Origin: an uncultured Chloroflexia bacterium
GTDB taxonomy: Bacteria; Chloroflexota; UBA6077; JACCZL01
Direction of reading: 5' to 3'
Length of the DNA: 64,000 nucleotides
Assembly: GCA_963765765.1 (NCBI GenBank)
Contig: CAVXYC010000017.1
Location: 32,001 to 96,000, forward strand
The translations under genes were made by a program, and so were the position numbers. Every line of letters starts with the position of its first letter. The first letter of the stretch is position 1. Of the stretch, positions 50,773 to 60,531 are shown in pieces. The notes under the pieces are model-generated. The model was not told the origin of the DNA. It saw only the letters and a list, made by a program, of their open reading frames with translations, and searched no databases.

Positions 50773-52011
50773 TCACGTCTGTGTCGCAGCCTGCCGTATT
50801 GATTGATGAACGGAACCGAACTCGGCGCGTAGTTTCAACATAGCCAGCGACCCTGCCAGCCCCACGCCGCCCATAACCAGCCACGTGAGCAGGGGAAAAC
50901 CGATGGATATGGAGATGTCGTAAAGTGCTCCGCCCAGCAGGTTCCCCAGCGATCCGCCAATGGCAAATGCGAGCATCGAAAACCCGATATATGCGCCCAT
51001 CTTGCCTGGCGGTGCGATTTCAGACACGAGATTGAGCTGCACGGGGTCAATGATCAAGCGACCCATGCCGTATAGCGCGATACAGGCCAGCATTAACGTA
51101 AATGTGGGCGACAGTCCAAAGAGTAGTAGCCCCGCCCCCATACACGTGAGTCCAATGGTGATGGCCACAAAGGGTTGAATGTGCACAGCGACGAATCTAG
51201 CAACGGGGTACTGCAGCGCGATGCCCATCCCCGCCGTGAGTGCATAGATTACTCCCGGTGTCGATGTGTCACCTGTTACCGCCATAGCAGCCAGGGGCAC
51301 CGCGATGAAGAGCTGGTTGTACAGAAACCAGAAGGTGGTGAGCGCAGCCGTAAAGCGAACGAACCTGCGATCACGCGCTGCCATGAGAAGTCCTTGTAGT
51401 GATTCCTTCAGATCCACGGTCTGACCGGTTCGCGGCGGTGTTGGTAAGAGAATCAGGGATTGCAGGGAGATCAGCAGGAAAAATGCGCCAGAAACGACTC
51501 CGATGACCTTGAAGTCATACGGGAGCAGCAGTACGCCAATCAGAGGGCCAATTGTGGATCCGATTGCGCCAGCCATGTTGGACAGGGCGAATGCGCGTTG
51601 TCTTGCCAGCCCCGGGGCGGTGTAATGGGCGATTCCTGCTCGGCTGGGTGCGTCGAAGAGCATGCCGCCCAGTCCACTGAGCGCCGCGCCTAAAAATAGT
51701 CCCGTTTCAGATTCGGCATAGCCCCAGACGAAGAATCCCGTTGCCCGAATTGCCATGCCTAACACGATCATCGGCTTGTGGCCAATTTGATCAGCAGCGG
51801 CGCCACCGAACATCGTCAGCCCTTGCTGCAAGACAATCCTCAGAGCAAGCGCAGCCCCGACCGCTGCCGCCGAAATCCCGAGTTGCCCCGTGAACCTCAC
51901 GGACAGTAATGGGAAGATCATGAAGAAGCCGACGCTAGTGAAGAACGAGTTGGCGATGAGGACCGCGACGGCCCGTACCGAGGTCATTGGCTTCGCTGGA
52001 TGAGATGTCAC
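50773..52011 (-). CDS. MFS transporter (MdtH-like)
   Basis: About 12 TM segments; QQGLTMFGGAAADQIG, LFDAP, PGKMGAYIGF. Confidence 0.9.
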   Translation of the reverse strand: MTSHPAKPMTSVRAVAVLIANSFFTSVGFFMIFPLLSVRFTGQLGISAAAVGAALALRIVLQQGLTMFGGAAADQIGHKPMIVLGMAIRATGFFVWGYAESETGLFLGAALSGLGGMLFDAPSRAGIAHYTAPGLARQRAFALSNMAGAIGSTIGPLIGVLLLPYDFKVIGVVSGAFFLLISLQSLILLPTPPRTGQTVDLKESLQGLLMAARDRRFVRFTAALTTFWFLYNQLFIAVPLAAMAVTGDTSTPGVIYALTAGMGIALQYPVARFVAVHIQPFVAITIGLTCMGAGLLLFGLSPTFTLMLACIALYGMGRLIIDPVQLNLVSEIAPPGKMGAYIGFSMLAFAIGGSLGNLLGGALYDISISIGFPLLTWLVMGGVGLAGSLAMLKLRAEFGSVHQSIRQAATQT

Positions 52012-52473
52012 GCGGCAAGCTTTCCGAAGTCGAACTGGAATTCTTGGTCGGCACTTGAGAAAGGCGCGAATAGCTTAAGCACTTTGCGCGCACAGTGGAC
52101 TAATGGGAAAATCTGCGTCAAAGCCTAAAACGCTCAACAAAAATTCAACCCACAATCGTTATCCCTGCGCACGACACAGCCGCTTGCTGGGCTGACTGGA
52201 GATATATGCTGAGGGATTCGAGGCCGCTCGAAAAGCGTTTTCCCAATCCCTCAGTCTCCGAAGCCTCGTACCAGGAGCATGGGCTACGGCGGAGTCCACT
52301 CTTCGGTCCCGGTCAGAGCCATGGAATCGCCATGGCATGCATCATATGGACTCGCACCAGAACGCTGATGGGACCTGGATTGCCACCGTCAATTGGTTCA
52401 CTTCGGTGCTGCTCCTCGATAGTCGGCGGGTATTCCGAGCACGGTAGGACGGCGATTCGCGTCCTGTTAAATG

Positions 52474-52503
52474 TTGAGCCAGCGTCTCTGGAGCGGGTAT
52501 ACT
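52474..52503 (+). promoter_or_regulatory. Probable tRNA-Val promoter
   Basis: TTGAGC-N18-TATACT, 18 nt upstream of the tRNA. Confidence 0.5.
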
Positions 52504-52521
52504 CCCACCCCAGTGAAGCGC

Positions 52522-52595
52522 GGGCGATTAGCTCAGTTGGTCAGAGCGCACGGTTCACATCCGTGAGGTCACTGGTTCGAGCCCAGTATCGCCCA
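52522..52595 (+). tRNA. tRNA-Val (CAC)
   Basis: GGGCGATTAGCTCAGTTGGTCAGAGCG-CACGG TT CAC AT CCGTG-AGGTCACTGGTTCGAGCCCAGTATCGCCCA. Confidence 0.95.
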
Positions 52596-52610
52596 CCCGC
52601 ATTCGAACAT

Positions 52611-52640
52611 GAAGCGCACCCGTGTGGGGTGCGCTTTTTT
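52611..52640 (+). terminator. Rho-independent terminator after tRNA-Val
   Basis: GAAGCGCACCC-GTGTG-GGGTGCGCTTTTTT. Confidence 0.85.
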
Positions 52641-52673
52641 GCGTCCCGCCGACCCTAAATTTAGGAGCCAACT

Positions 52674-52890
52674 GTGTCCTAGTTGCTCGCAAATCGCCGA
52701 TCGTCTCTCATTCGGCGGTTTTGGACGAATGATCATTGTCGTAGTGGTTACGCTGCTCTTTCTTATGGTCTTTGTCTCGGGAGCCACCGTGCAGGCTGGC
52801 TAGGTCAGCGTGCTCCCGACGCTTGGCCGCGTGAATGCCGGCGTTCTGGAACCTGGCTTTCATCTCACCGTTCCCGATGGCTCAGCGCAT
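52674..52890 (+). pseudogene. N-terminal fragment of an SPFH/prohibitin-domain gene
   Basis: TM helix, then TVQAG*VSVLPTLGRVNAGVLEPGFHLTVP resembling the SPFH N-terminus; in-frame TAG and no continuation. Confidence 0.5.
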
Positions 52891-53156
52891 CCTTCAGGCG
52901 GACACCCGCTTACTTCCGCACGCTTTAGAAAGATCGCAGCTGCGATTGGGGAGTATCAGACTGTCCGATTGACTGGCACGATAACTACCACCGAAGGATC
53001 CTGTTGTCCGGAGGCGATTTACCGCGCTGAGGAGCCCTCGGCGCGGCACAAGACCACCGCGCCACAAAGACTTCGCTACCAACATGCGGTCTTCAACCAA
53101 CGAAAAAGAGTGGCCTCCACAGAGGAGAGCCACTCTTACGTTTCCAGGTTCTAGCC

Positions 53157-53771
53157 CTACAGCGCCTGCTCTGGCCCCTTATCGACATACGCGTTGTAGA
53201 AGCGCAGCAGTTGATCGTAGTCGAACTCGTCGAGCTCCTGTATCTTGCCCCATGCCGCGAAGGCGATCTTCGAGCTCATCCCGGGGTAAGGGGTTGCCAC
53301 CAGTTTGACACGATTGAACGCTCGGCTGCGCGGCAGGTTTACAGACGCGTCGCGGAGCTGTGCCACAACATCTGGACAGGGCTCAGCGCAGTTGTAGAGC
53401 ACCACAACTCCGCCATGTTCCAGGTTGTGAACCCAGTAGCCCGGTGGGATTGTCTGTTCGCTAACGCCATAGGGCGCAGTCACGGGGTAATGTGTGCCCG
53501 ATGCAGGTGGATTGTTCTGGTATGAGATCACCGAGCCCTCGTCTACGTGGTTCTGACCTTCTATCGGAACATTTCGGCCGATGGTCTCTCTCGAGCCCAG
53601 GACGAGCCAGAGAAGTCCAACGAAGACGGCAACGGCCAGCGCAATGAGCGAGCCAATGATGAGCTTGCGCCGTGTTTTCTGCTTGGCTCGAGCCTTCTCC
53701 ACGCGATTGCGACGCTCGTCTCGAGTTCGGTTTCGTCGCTCCCGTTTTGTGGCTCCGACATCCTGAGTCAT
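53157..53771 (-). CDS. DUF3105 domain membrane protein
   Basis: Basic N-terminus and TM; YQNNPPASGTH, VHNLEHGGVVVLYNC, AAWG, GPE. Confidence 0.88.
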   Translation of the reverse strand: MTQDVGATKRERRNRTRDERRNRVEKARAKQKTRRKLIIGSLIALAVAVFVGLLWLVLGSRETIGRNVPIEGQNHVDEGSVISYQNNPPASGTHYPVTAPYGVSEQTIPPGYWVHNLEHGGVVVLYNCAEPCPDVVAQLRDASVNLPRSRAFNRVKLVATPYPGMSSKIAFAAWGKIQELDEFDYDQLLRFYNAYVDKGPEQAL

Positions 53772-53783
53772 TTCGGCTTGGCC

Positions 53784-54263
53784 TTAAACGCGCGCTGCCA
53801 CGGCGGTTTCGCCAATGGCAAGCGCACTGTCGACGGAGTGAACGACGCCAAGACTGGTGGCGATCTCAATGGCTCGCTGCGCCAGCGCATCGTTTGGCAC
53901 GGTACCCAGAAGTGTTACTTCGCCCAATTGAGAGATCACTTGAATGGCTTGTGAGGCAAGGTCGCTATCCTGCGCCAGTGCGAGCGCAACGTCCCGCGCT
54001 ATCTCGGGATCAGCCACGATCTGGTTGTGTACGGCCCGAACGCCCTCAACTCGAAACAGCAGCGCTTCGATGAGCTGTTTCTGAGCCCAGGAGCGCACCC
54101 TCCCGCTGACATAGACAACTTGATGCTCGACGTCGACGGCGAGCTGGGCGCCCGACGCTCGAAGTGGCTCATAGTCCCAGAGCGCGTTTCTGACTTTGAA
54201 GAAGAGCCGCCGATCCGTTTCATCCGCGGCAACCGGGGGGCCTTGAATCCACTGGTGTGCCAT
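53784..54263 (-). CDS. BON domain-containing protein (two BON repeats)
   Basis: VYVSGRV...VEGVRAVHNQI and GEVTLLGTV...GVVHSVDSAL. Confidence 0.8.
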   Translation of the reverse strand: MAHQWIQGPPVAADETDRRLFFKVRNALWDYEPLRASGAQLAVDVEHQVVYVSGRVRSWAQKQLIEALLFRVEGVRAVHNQIVADPEIARDVALALAQDSDLASQAIQVISQLGEVTLLGTVPNDALAQRAIEIATSLGVVHSVDSALAIGETAVAARV

Positions 54264-54354
54264 TCCGTCTCCAGTTACTGAGCCCAGCCCACGGGCTAAG
54301 CGTTCGCGCTAATCATAATGGGAGCAGGCTAGTTCACGCCGCGAAGAACTGAAC

Positions 54355-54681
54355 CTACGAGTTTGCCCGCTGAGACGCCACGATGGTGCGCAACTCCGCG
54401 ACCTCGGTTTCCAGCTCACGCACGCGCTCGGAGAGGCGGACGATCGCTTCCACGCCCGCCAGATTTACTCCAAGGTCCTGGATCAATCGTTTGATTTGCT
54501 GAGCCTGCGCAATGTTGCGCATCGAGTACCGCCGTACGTTCCCCTTGGAACGAGCCGGTGTGAGGAGCCCCGCTCGCTCGTAGTATCGAAGTGTCTGGGG
54601 ATGCACGCTGAGCATTTCGGCTGCTACTGAGATGACGTAACAGCCAAAGTCCTCGTCGAATGGCGGTCTCGAGCTCCTCAT
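54355..54681 (-). CDS. hspR: Heat-shock repressor HspR (MerR family)
   Basis: YVISVAAEML, HPQTLRYYER, LGVNLAGV; directly after a J-domain gene. Confidence 0.9.
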   Translation of the reverse strand: MRSSRPPFDEDFGCYVISVAAEMLSVHPQTLRYYERAGLLTPARSKGNVRRYSMRNIAQAQQIKRLIQDLGVNLAGVEAIVRLSERVRELETEVAELRTIVASQRANS

Positions 54682-54682
54682 G

Positions 54683-55585
54683 TCAACGAGCAGCTCGCAG
54701 AGATGCGAGCTGCTTGATCAGCTCACGCTCTCGATCACTGAGATCCTCGGGAACGGTCAATCGAATTTCGGCATAGAGATCACCGCGGCCCGTGCCTCTG
54801 AGTCTGGGCATACCTTGCCCCGTCAGGCGAAACCGCTGACCGCCGCGGGTCCCCGCCGGTATGGCCAGTGCGAGTCGACTCCCGGCCGGTGTCGGAACCT
54901 CGACTTCTCCCCCAAGTGCCGCTCGGTAGAATGGGATGTCGACAACGGTCTTGAGATCATCGCCGCTGCGCTCGAAGCGCGAGTCAGGCACCAGTCTGAC
55001 AATCAGGATGAGATCGCCCGCCGCGGCGCCGCCTATTCCAGGCCGGCCCTGGCCCGCCATTCGGATTCGGGTGCCATTGTCCACGCCAGGCTGGATCGTG
55101 ACTTCCAGCGTCTTTGAGGCCTCGCCTGGCTGCGCCACCTGTACGCGCCGCCTAGTGCCTGCAATGGCTTCAGCCAGGGTGACTTCAATAGGCTGCTCGA
55201 CCGTTTGACCGCGCCGAGTCGCGCTTCCTCCGGGCCGCTTGCGGCCGACGCCCTGGAGAAGCTGATCAATGAGATTTTCCATCCCCGGAGCACTTCCAAA
55301 GCCTCCGTTCGTGCTCCACTGGAAGTCTCCGAACCCGGTGCCCTGCGGACCGCCTGCGCGCCCGTTCCCAACGTGACCGAAGCGATCGTACTGTGCACGC
55401 TTCTGCTTGTCGCTCAGCACCTCGTACGCCTCGCTGATCTCTCGAAAGCGCGACTCCGCCGCCCGGTTCTCGGGATTCATGTCCGGGTGGTGTTCTCGAG
55501 CGAGTCGACGATAGGCCTGTCGAATCTCTTTGTCCGAGGCGCTCTTGGAGACGCCGAGCACTGAATACAGATCGCGTGTTGGCAT
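54683..55585 (-). CDS. DnaJ class II / CbpA-like chaperone (no zinc finger)
   Basis: J-domain with HPD, G/F-rich linker, RLTGQGMP, GDLY; no CxxCxGxG repeats. Confidence 0.92.
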   Translation of the reverse strand: MPTRDLYSVLGVSKSASDKEIRQAYRRLAREHHPDMNPENRAAESRFREISEAYEVLSDKQKRAQYDRFGHVGNGRAGGPQGTGFGDFQWSTNGGFGSAPGMENLIDQLLQGVGRKRPGGSATRRGQTVEQPIEVTLAEAIAGTRRRVQVAQPGEASKTLEVTIQPGVDNGTRIRMAGQGRPGIGGAAAGDLILIVRLVPDSRFERSGDDLKTVVDIPFYRAALGGEVEVPTPAGSRLALAIPAGTRGGQRFRLTGQGMPRLRGTGRGDLYAEIRLTVPEDLSDRERELIKQLASLRAAR

Positions 55586-55611
55586 ATAGGCCGGTTCAAT
55601 CCCCTCGGAGG

Positions 55612-55641
55612 ATTCTAAAGGCTGACTATCTCGTTATCAAG
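55612..55641 (-). promoter_or_regulatory. dnaJ2-hspR promoter with overlapping HAIR-like operator
   Basis: TTGATA-N17-TAGAAT. CTTGATA-N7-AGTCAGC over the -35 resembles HAIR (CTTGAGT-N7-ACTCAAG). Confidence 0.65.
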
Positions 55642-55655
55642 AACGGTGCGCGATG

Positions 55656-56045
55656 TCACTGAAAGAGTGGAAACTCGGCACTCTGATGGAGGCTGAGACT
55701 ATTCGGTCGGCGCAGGATGAATCGACGTAGTGCGACGAATGCGAGAAGGTGAAGGCAGAGAACCCCAATCACGAGTCCAAGCCAGATGCGCCGGCTAACC
55801 ACAGGAACGCTCATTGATTGCAGCACGAGTATGGATGCTCCCGCGATGGCGAGGATCGCCATGCTTGCGCACGCGAGTCTGAGAAATCGGGACTGCGGGC
55901 TCTCGATGATCCAGTGGGGGATACCTCGAAAGGCGTAAATCGCCGCGGCCCCCACGATGATGAACTGGATGAATAGAGCCAGATAAATTGGGCTCGCGGG
56001 CGGCTCGCTGAGCTCAGCGAACCAGAATGAGATCCAGAAATCCAT
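55656..56045 (-). CDS. Hypothetical membrane protein (3 TM)
   Basis: 129-aa hydrophobic ORF that fills the gap. Confidence 0.6.
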   Translation of the reverse strand: MDFWISFWFAELSEPPASPIYLALFIQFIIVGAAAIYAFRGIPHWIIESPQSRFLRLACASMAILAIAGASILVLQSMSVPVVSRRIWLGLVIGVLCLHLLAFVALRRFILRRPNSLSLHQSAEFPLFQ

Positions 56046-56337
56046 TATGCTGCTCGGGTCTCAGAATTGATGGCGGGGATCGTGTTTTGAACCATAAGTG
56101 CGATGTGATAGCCGCTTGAGCGGCGGGGCAAAGATTGGGCATTTCGTACCAGGTTATTTACCCCATCAAGGCTGGTACAGTAGCGCAACTCAATTGGGAT
56201 GATTGCTTGCGAATGGCAATTCTGCCAAATGAGGGCATTCGAAGGATCGATTGCGGGCTATCCGATCTGAGCCTGGACAATAATAAGGTGGGCCCAGGTC
56301 ATTTCGGGCGACTGACTTGCCCCGGTGGAGGAGATTT

Positions 56338-57696
56338 ATGACAGCTACCCGAAATCTCGCTTGGTCTCGTGTCTTAGTTGGAATCGCAGCCATGATGGTT
56401 GCGCTCTGGAGTGTCGGATGCACCTCAGCACCGGCTGCAAGCCCAACCAGCGCGCCGTCGAAGCCCGCTGAGCCAGCTAAGCCCGCCGGGGCGGCGTCAC
56501 CCGCGGCCGCGGGCTCACCATCAGCGGCGGCAAGTCCGGCGGCCAAACCTGCCGAGCCTGCACCGGCGGCTAAGGCGGCCACCGGTCCGGCGATCAAGAT
56601 TGGCGTGCTGCATTCTGTTACCGGACCGTTTCTGTTCGAAGGCGTTGGCGGTAATGAGGGACTAAAGCTCTACTGGGATTCGGAGAACAACCAGGTCAAC
56701 GGACGCCCGGTCCAGTTCATCTTCGAGGACACCGAGGGGAATCCGAACAATGCGCTAACGAAAGTGCGCAAGCTCGTTGAGCAGGACCAGGTTCAGCTCC
56801 TCGTTGGACCAATTGGGAGTAACGAGGCGCTGGCAATTCGCGACTACGTTCACGCGAACAAAGTGCCGATGGTGCTTGGATACTCGATTGCCAAAGATCT
56901 CACCCAGGATAAGGCCAGTCCGTACGTTTTCAGAACGGTTGGCAGCCTTCAGATCGGCGCGGGAGGCGGCTGGTATGCGGCTGCGAAACTGAATTACAAG
57001 CGGGCGCTTGTGGTTTCCGCCGATTACGCCGCGGGACGCGATGCGGCTGAGATGTTCAAGACGTACTTCGAGGGCGCGGGCGGAAAGGTGCTCAACGAGA
57101 TCTTCGTTCCGCTCGGAGCCACTGACGTAGCGCCATACATTACTCAGCTACGGTCGGAGGTGGCCGGAGCCGATGTTCTCGTGTTACCGCAAATCGTGGG
57201 TGGCACGGCGAGTCAGTTCGTCAAGGCCTACGACCAATTTGGTCTCAAGGCTCAGATTCCTATGTACGCATCAGCGGTCACGTTTGATGAGGCGTCCACG
57301 CTCCCTCCGGCTGGCGATTCGGCCGTGGGACTCGTGAACTACGGCGAATGGGCCCTGACCCTCGACACGCCAGAGAATAAGCGCTTCGTCGAGTCCTTCC
57401 AGGCGAAGTACCAGAAGGAGCCTGGCCAGCATCATCTCTTTGGCTATATGGAGGGTCGCGTTATGGGCGAGGCGCTCAAAGCCGTTGGCGGCAACGCTGA
57501 TGATAAAGACAAGGTCGCTGATGCGATGCGCAAGGTCACGTTCGAATCTCCGAAGGGGCCGTTCAAGTTCGACGAGAAGCAGCAGGCCGTTATAACGGTC
57601 TTCATTCGAAAGGTGGAGAACCAGGCTGGAACACTGCGAAATGTCGTGCTAGATCAAATCCCCGACGTGGATCAGTTCTGGAAGGCGCCGAGCTAA
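56338..57696 (+). CDS. Liv-type ABC substrate-binding lipoprotein (aromatic-acid/BCAA class)
   Basis: Lipobox SVGC, Pro/Ala linker, IKIGVL, DYAAG, ESPKGPFKFD; GGAGG SD. Confidence 0.9.
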   Translation: MTATRNLAWSRVLVGIAAMMVALWSVGCTSAPAASPTSAPSKPAEPAKPAGAASPAAAGSPSAAASPAAKPAEPAPAAKAATGPAIKIGVLHSVTGPFLFEGVGGNEGLKLYWDSENNQVNGRPVQFIFEDTEGNPNNALTKVRKLVEQDQVQLLVGPIGSNEALAIRDYVHANKVPMVLGYSIAKDLTQDKASPYVFRTVGSLQIGAGGGWYAAAKLNYKRALVVSADYAAGRDAAEMFKTYFEGAGGKVLNEIFVPLGATDVAPYITQLRSEVAGADVLVLPQIVGGTASQFVKAYDQFGLKAQIPMYASAVTFDEASTLPPAGDSAVGLVNYGEWALTLDTPENKRFVESFQAKYQKEPGQHHLFGYMEGRVMGEALKAVGGNADDKDKVADAMRKVTFESPKGPFKFDEKQQAVITVFIRKVENQAGTLRNVVLDQIPDVDQFWKAPS

Positions 57697-57725
57697 ACCG
57701 GGCTTCAGAGGCACGTAAGGGCATG

Positions 57726-57780
57726 GTCGCGAATTGTCGTAGAGCGGGCCTCTGAGGCCCGCTCTACGACAATTCGCGAC
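57726..57780. repeat. Perfect 27-bp-arm palindrome with GTAG core (REP-like or mRNA-stabilising hairpin)
   Basis: GTCGCGAATTGTCGTAGAGCGGGCCTC-T-GAGGCCCGCTCTACGACAATTCGCGAC. Confidence 0.8.
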
Positions 57781-57933
57781 GGTTTCAGCATTGACAATGT
57801 GGGTCCGCACAAACTCAACGTCTTGTGTCGACCGACCGGGCTGTAAGTTGACCTGGATTATAGGATTCGCGTCACCGGCGCGGGATCCGCGCACATCGCA
57901 CGAGCAGCGTAGATATCAAAGGACCGATGTTGG

Positions 57934-58788
57934 ATGTCGTACTGGTTTGAGCAGACTCTCAACGGCATCTCGTATGGGATGCTCCTGTTCCTGCTCACGG
58001 CTGGCCTCTCACTCATTACAGGCCTTATGGGGATTGTGAATCTAGCCCAGGGCTCGTATTACTTGGTCGCGGCCTATATCGGCCTGAGTGTCATCAATGC
58101 CACGCAGAATTTTGTGCTGGCGATTCTAGCTGGCGCACTGGCGGTTGCGCTGCTCGGTGCAGTGATGCAGCGTTTCTTTTTGCATCGCTTTTACAAGAAT
58201 GACCTCGCTCAGGTGCTCATGACATTTGGCTTCCTGTTCGTGTTTCAAGACCTCGCGCTCATGAACTGGGGAGGCAACTCCTATCTCCTGCCGCCGCCAT
58301 CATTCCTGGAGCAGTCGATACGCGTCGGGGACATCATTTATCCGAGCTACCGCGTGTTTGTCATTCTTATGGGCCTGCTGGTGGCCGCCGGCCTATGGTG
58401 GTTCCAGGAAAAAACCAAGGTAGGCGCCATCGTCCGTGCAGGTGTTGACGACGAGGAGATGTTGAGAGGCCTTGGAGTCAATGTACCGCTCCTGTTCACA
58501 GCAGTATTTGCGCTGGGCGCTGGACTAGCGGGCCTCAGCGGCGTTCTGGGCGGTCCGTTCGCGGGCGTAGCTCCCGGCATGGATCTTCAGGTGCTGCTTC
58601 TGGGATTTGTGGTGCTCATCGTGGGCGGACTCGGAAGTTTGCGTGGCGCGTTCATCGCCTCGCTATTGGTCGGCCTACTGGACAACTTCGGCAAAGCGCT
58701 CTTCCCCGACCTGGCGCTGTTCACCATTTTTGCCCCCATGGCGATCATTCTCGCTATCAAGCCGTCAGGTTTGTTCGGACGCGCATGA
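57934..58788 (+). CDS. livH: BCAA-type ABC permease (LivH family)
   Basis: GLSLITGLMGIVNLAQG, GAIVRAG, VGGLGSLRGA. Confidence 0.88.
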   Translation: MSYWFEQTLNGISYGMLLFLLTAGLSLITGLMGIVNLAQGSYYLVAAYIGLSVINATQNFVLAILAGALAVALLGAVMQRFFLHRFYKNDLAQVLMTFGFLFVFQDLALMNWGGNSYLLPPPSFLEQSIRVGDIIYPSYRVFVILMGLLVAAGLWWFQEKTKVGAIVRAGVDDEEMLRGLGVNVPLLFTAVFALGAGLAGLSGVLGGPFAGVAPGMDLQVLLLGFVVLIVGGLGSLRGAFIASLLVGLLDNFGKALFPDLALFTIFAPMAIILAIKPSGLFGRA

Positions 58789-59744
58789 AGCGCTGGGTAC
58801 TTGTTGCGGCGACCGCGCTTGTCATACTGGCATTGATCATCGCGGGACAATCTCTCTCGCGGTACCACCTTGGCCTGCTCACCCAAGTTCTGATCTTTGG
58901 CATCTTTGCCATGAGCCTCGATCTACTCGTCGGATATACCGGCCTCCAATCGCTTGGACACGCGGCCTACTTTGGTGTGAGCGCGTACACCATCGCCATT
59001 CTTTCGAAACGCTTGACAGACAACGTCATGATCGATGTGGCCGCCGGCCTCGTTGCAACGCTGTTGATCGCCGCGCTCTTTGGCCTGCTCACACTCAGGA
59101 CCACCGGAGCGTACTTCTTGATGGCCACCATGGCTGTTGCCCAGGTGCTGTGGGGTATCGCTTATCGGTCGCGTAGTCTCACGGGCGGTGATGATGGTTT
59201 GCCGGGAATCTCCCGACCCGACATTGGTCTTTCATGGCTCTCGCTCTGGGACACGACGAACTACTTTTACTTCACGTTGGCCATCGCCCTACTCGTCCTG
59301 CTGGTCCTCAACGTGATTGTGCGATCACCGTTCGGCTACGCGCTTCAGGGTATCCGTGAGAGTGAAACTCGAATGCGAGCTCTCGGCTACAACACCTGGC
59401 GCTACAAGTACGCCGCGTTCGTGCTTGCGGGCTTCTTTGCCGGGGTCGCAGGGATGATCTACGTCTACTACAACAGTTTCGTGAGTCCCCACGAGCTGAG
59501 CGTGGTGCTTTCCGCTGAGGCGCTGCTCATGGTGATCCTTGGCGGTCCTGGCACGCTTTTCGGGGCACTCATCGGAGCAGGGACAATAGTGTTCCTACGG
59601 AATATCGTGAGCGGCATGACCGATCGCTGGCTCCTCATTCTTGGCGCCGTCTACATTCTGGTGGTCCTGTTCGCTCCCCGGGGCATCGTTGGCGAGATCA
59701 AAGATCGATTGGACCGGAGGTCACGTGCAGCCGTTGCGCGTTGA
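58785..59744 (+). CDS. livM: BCAA-type ABC permease (LivM family)
   Basis: GYTGLQSLGHAAYFG, TGGDDG, IRESETRMRALGY, ILGGPGTLFG. Confidence 0.88.
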   Translation: MKRWVLVAATALVILALIIAGQSLSRYHLGLLTQVLIFGIFAMSLDLLVGYTGLQSLGHAAYFGVSAYTIAILSKRLTDNVMIDVAAGLVATLLIAALFGLLTLRTTGAYFLMATMAVAQVLWGIAYRSRSLTGGDDGLPGISRPDIGLSWLSLWDTTNYFYFTLAIALLVLLVLNVIVRSPFGYALQGIRESETRMRALGYNTWRYKYAAFVLAGFFAGVAGMIYVYYNSFVSPHELSVVLSAEALLMVILGGPGTLFGALIGAGTIVFLRNIVSGMTDRWLLILGAVYILVVLFAPRGIVGEIKDRLDRRSRAAVAR

Positions 59745-60531
59745 CGACGTCGGCATCCGATTCGGTGGACTGCAGGCGCTCGAGGCAGTGTCATTTGTTA
59801 TGGAGCCAGGCGAGCGCCGCGTCATCATCGGTCCCAATGGTGCCGGCAAGACAACGCTGTTTAACGTGATTAGCGGGCAGCTTCGACCCAGCACGGGATA
59901 CGTCTACCTATTTGAAAAGGACGTCACGCGTTTGCAGCCGTATGAGCGGGCGGGTCTCGGTCTGGCGCGGACGTTTCAGATCACCAACCTATTTCCTAAC
60001 TTAAGCGTGTCCGAGAACCTGATGCTGGCAGTGCAAGCGCTACGGCCCATGAAGAGTGCATTGCATCGGACCATGCGGTCATACAAAGAGGTGACGGGAC
60101 GTACACAAGACATGCTGGAGCAATGGAATCTCTGGGACAAGCGCGAAGAGCTGGCCCGCCATCTTTCCTATGGTGACCAGCGGGAGCTCGAGATCCTGAT
60201 GGCACTGGCCGGATCGCCTCGACTTTTACTGCTCGATGAGCCGACGGCCGGTCTGTCCACCGCCGAGACCCACCTGGTGGTGGACATCGTGCAAAAGCTC
60301 GACCCGTCGATCACCATCCTGCTCATAGAGCACGATCTGGACGTCGCATTCGAGCTTGCCAGTCGCGTGATGGTGTTGCATCAGGGGCGTCTTCTCCTCG
60401 AAGGAACTCCCGCCGAGGTGCGGGGCAATGCCCAGGTCGCGGAGATATACCTGGGGTCCGACGAGCTCCTGGCCGAGATCGACGAATCGCCAGCGCTCAA
60501 AGCTAAAGCTCGAGAAGCAGAGCATGCTTGA
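59725..60531 (+). CDS. livG: ABC ATP-binding protein (LivG family)
   Basis: GPNGAGKTT, ARTFQ, LSYG, LLLDEPTAG; GTG start after GGAGG. Confidence 0.9.
   Translation: MQPLRVDDVGIRFGGLQALEAVSFVMEPGERRVIIGPNGAGKTTLFNVISGQLRPSTGYVYLFEKDVTRLQPYERAGLGLARTFQITNLFPNLSVSENLMLAVQALRPMKSALHRTMRSYKEVTGRTQDMLEQWNLWDKREELARHLSYGDQRELEILMALAGSPRLLLLDEPTAGLSTAETHLVVDIVQKLDPSITILLIEHDLDVAFELASRVMVLHQGRLLLEGTPAEVRGNAQVAEIYLGSDELLAEIDESPALKAKAREAEHA

Noticed and set aside
52020-52520. ncRNA or 150-aa ORF between the MFS gene and tRNA-Val
   Set aside because: The ORF runs through the tRNA. The hairpins present (CTGAGGGATT/AATCCCTCAG) match no family I recognise.
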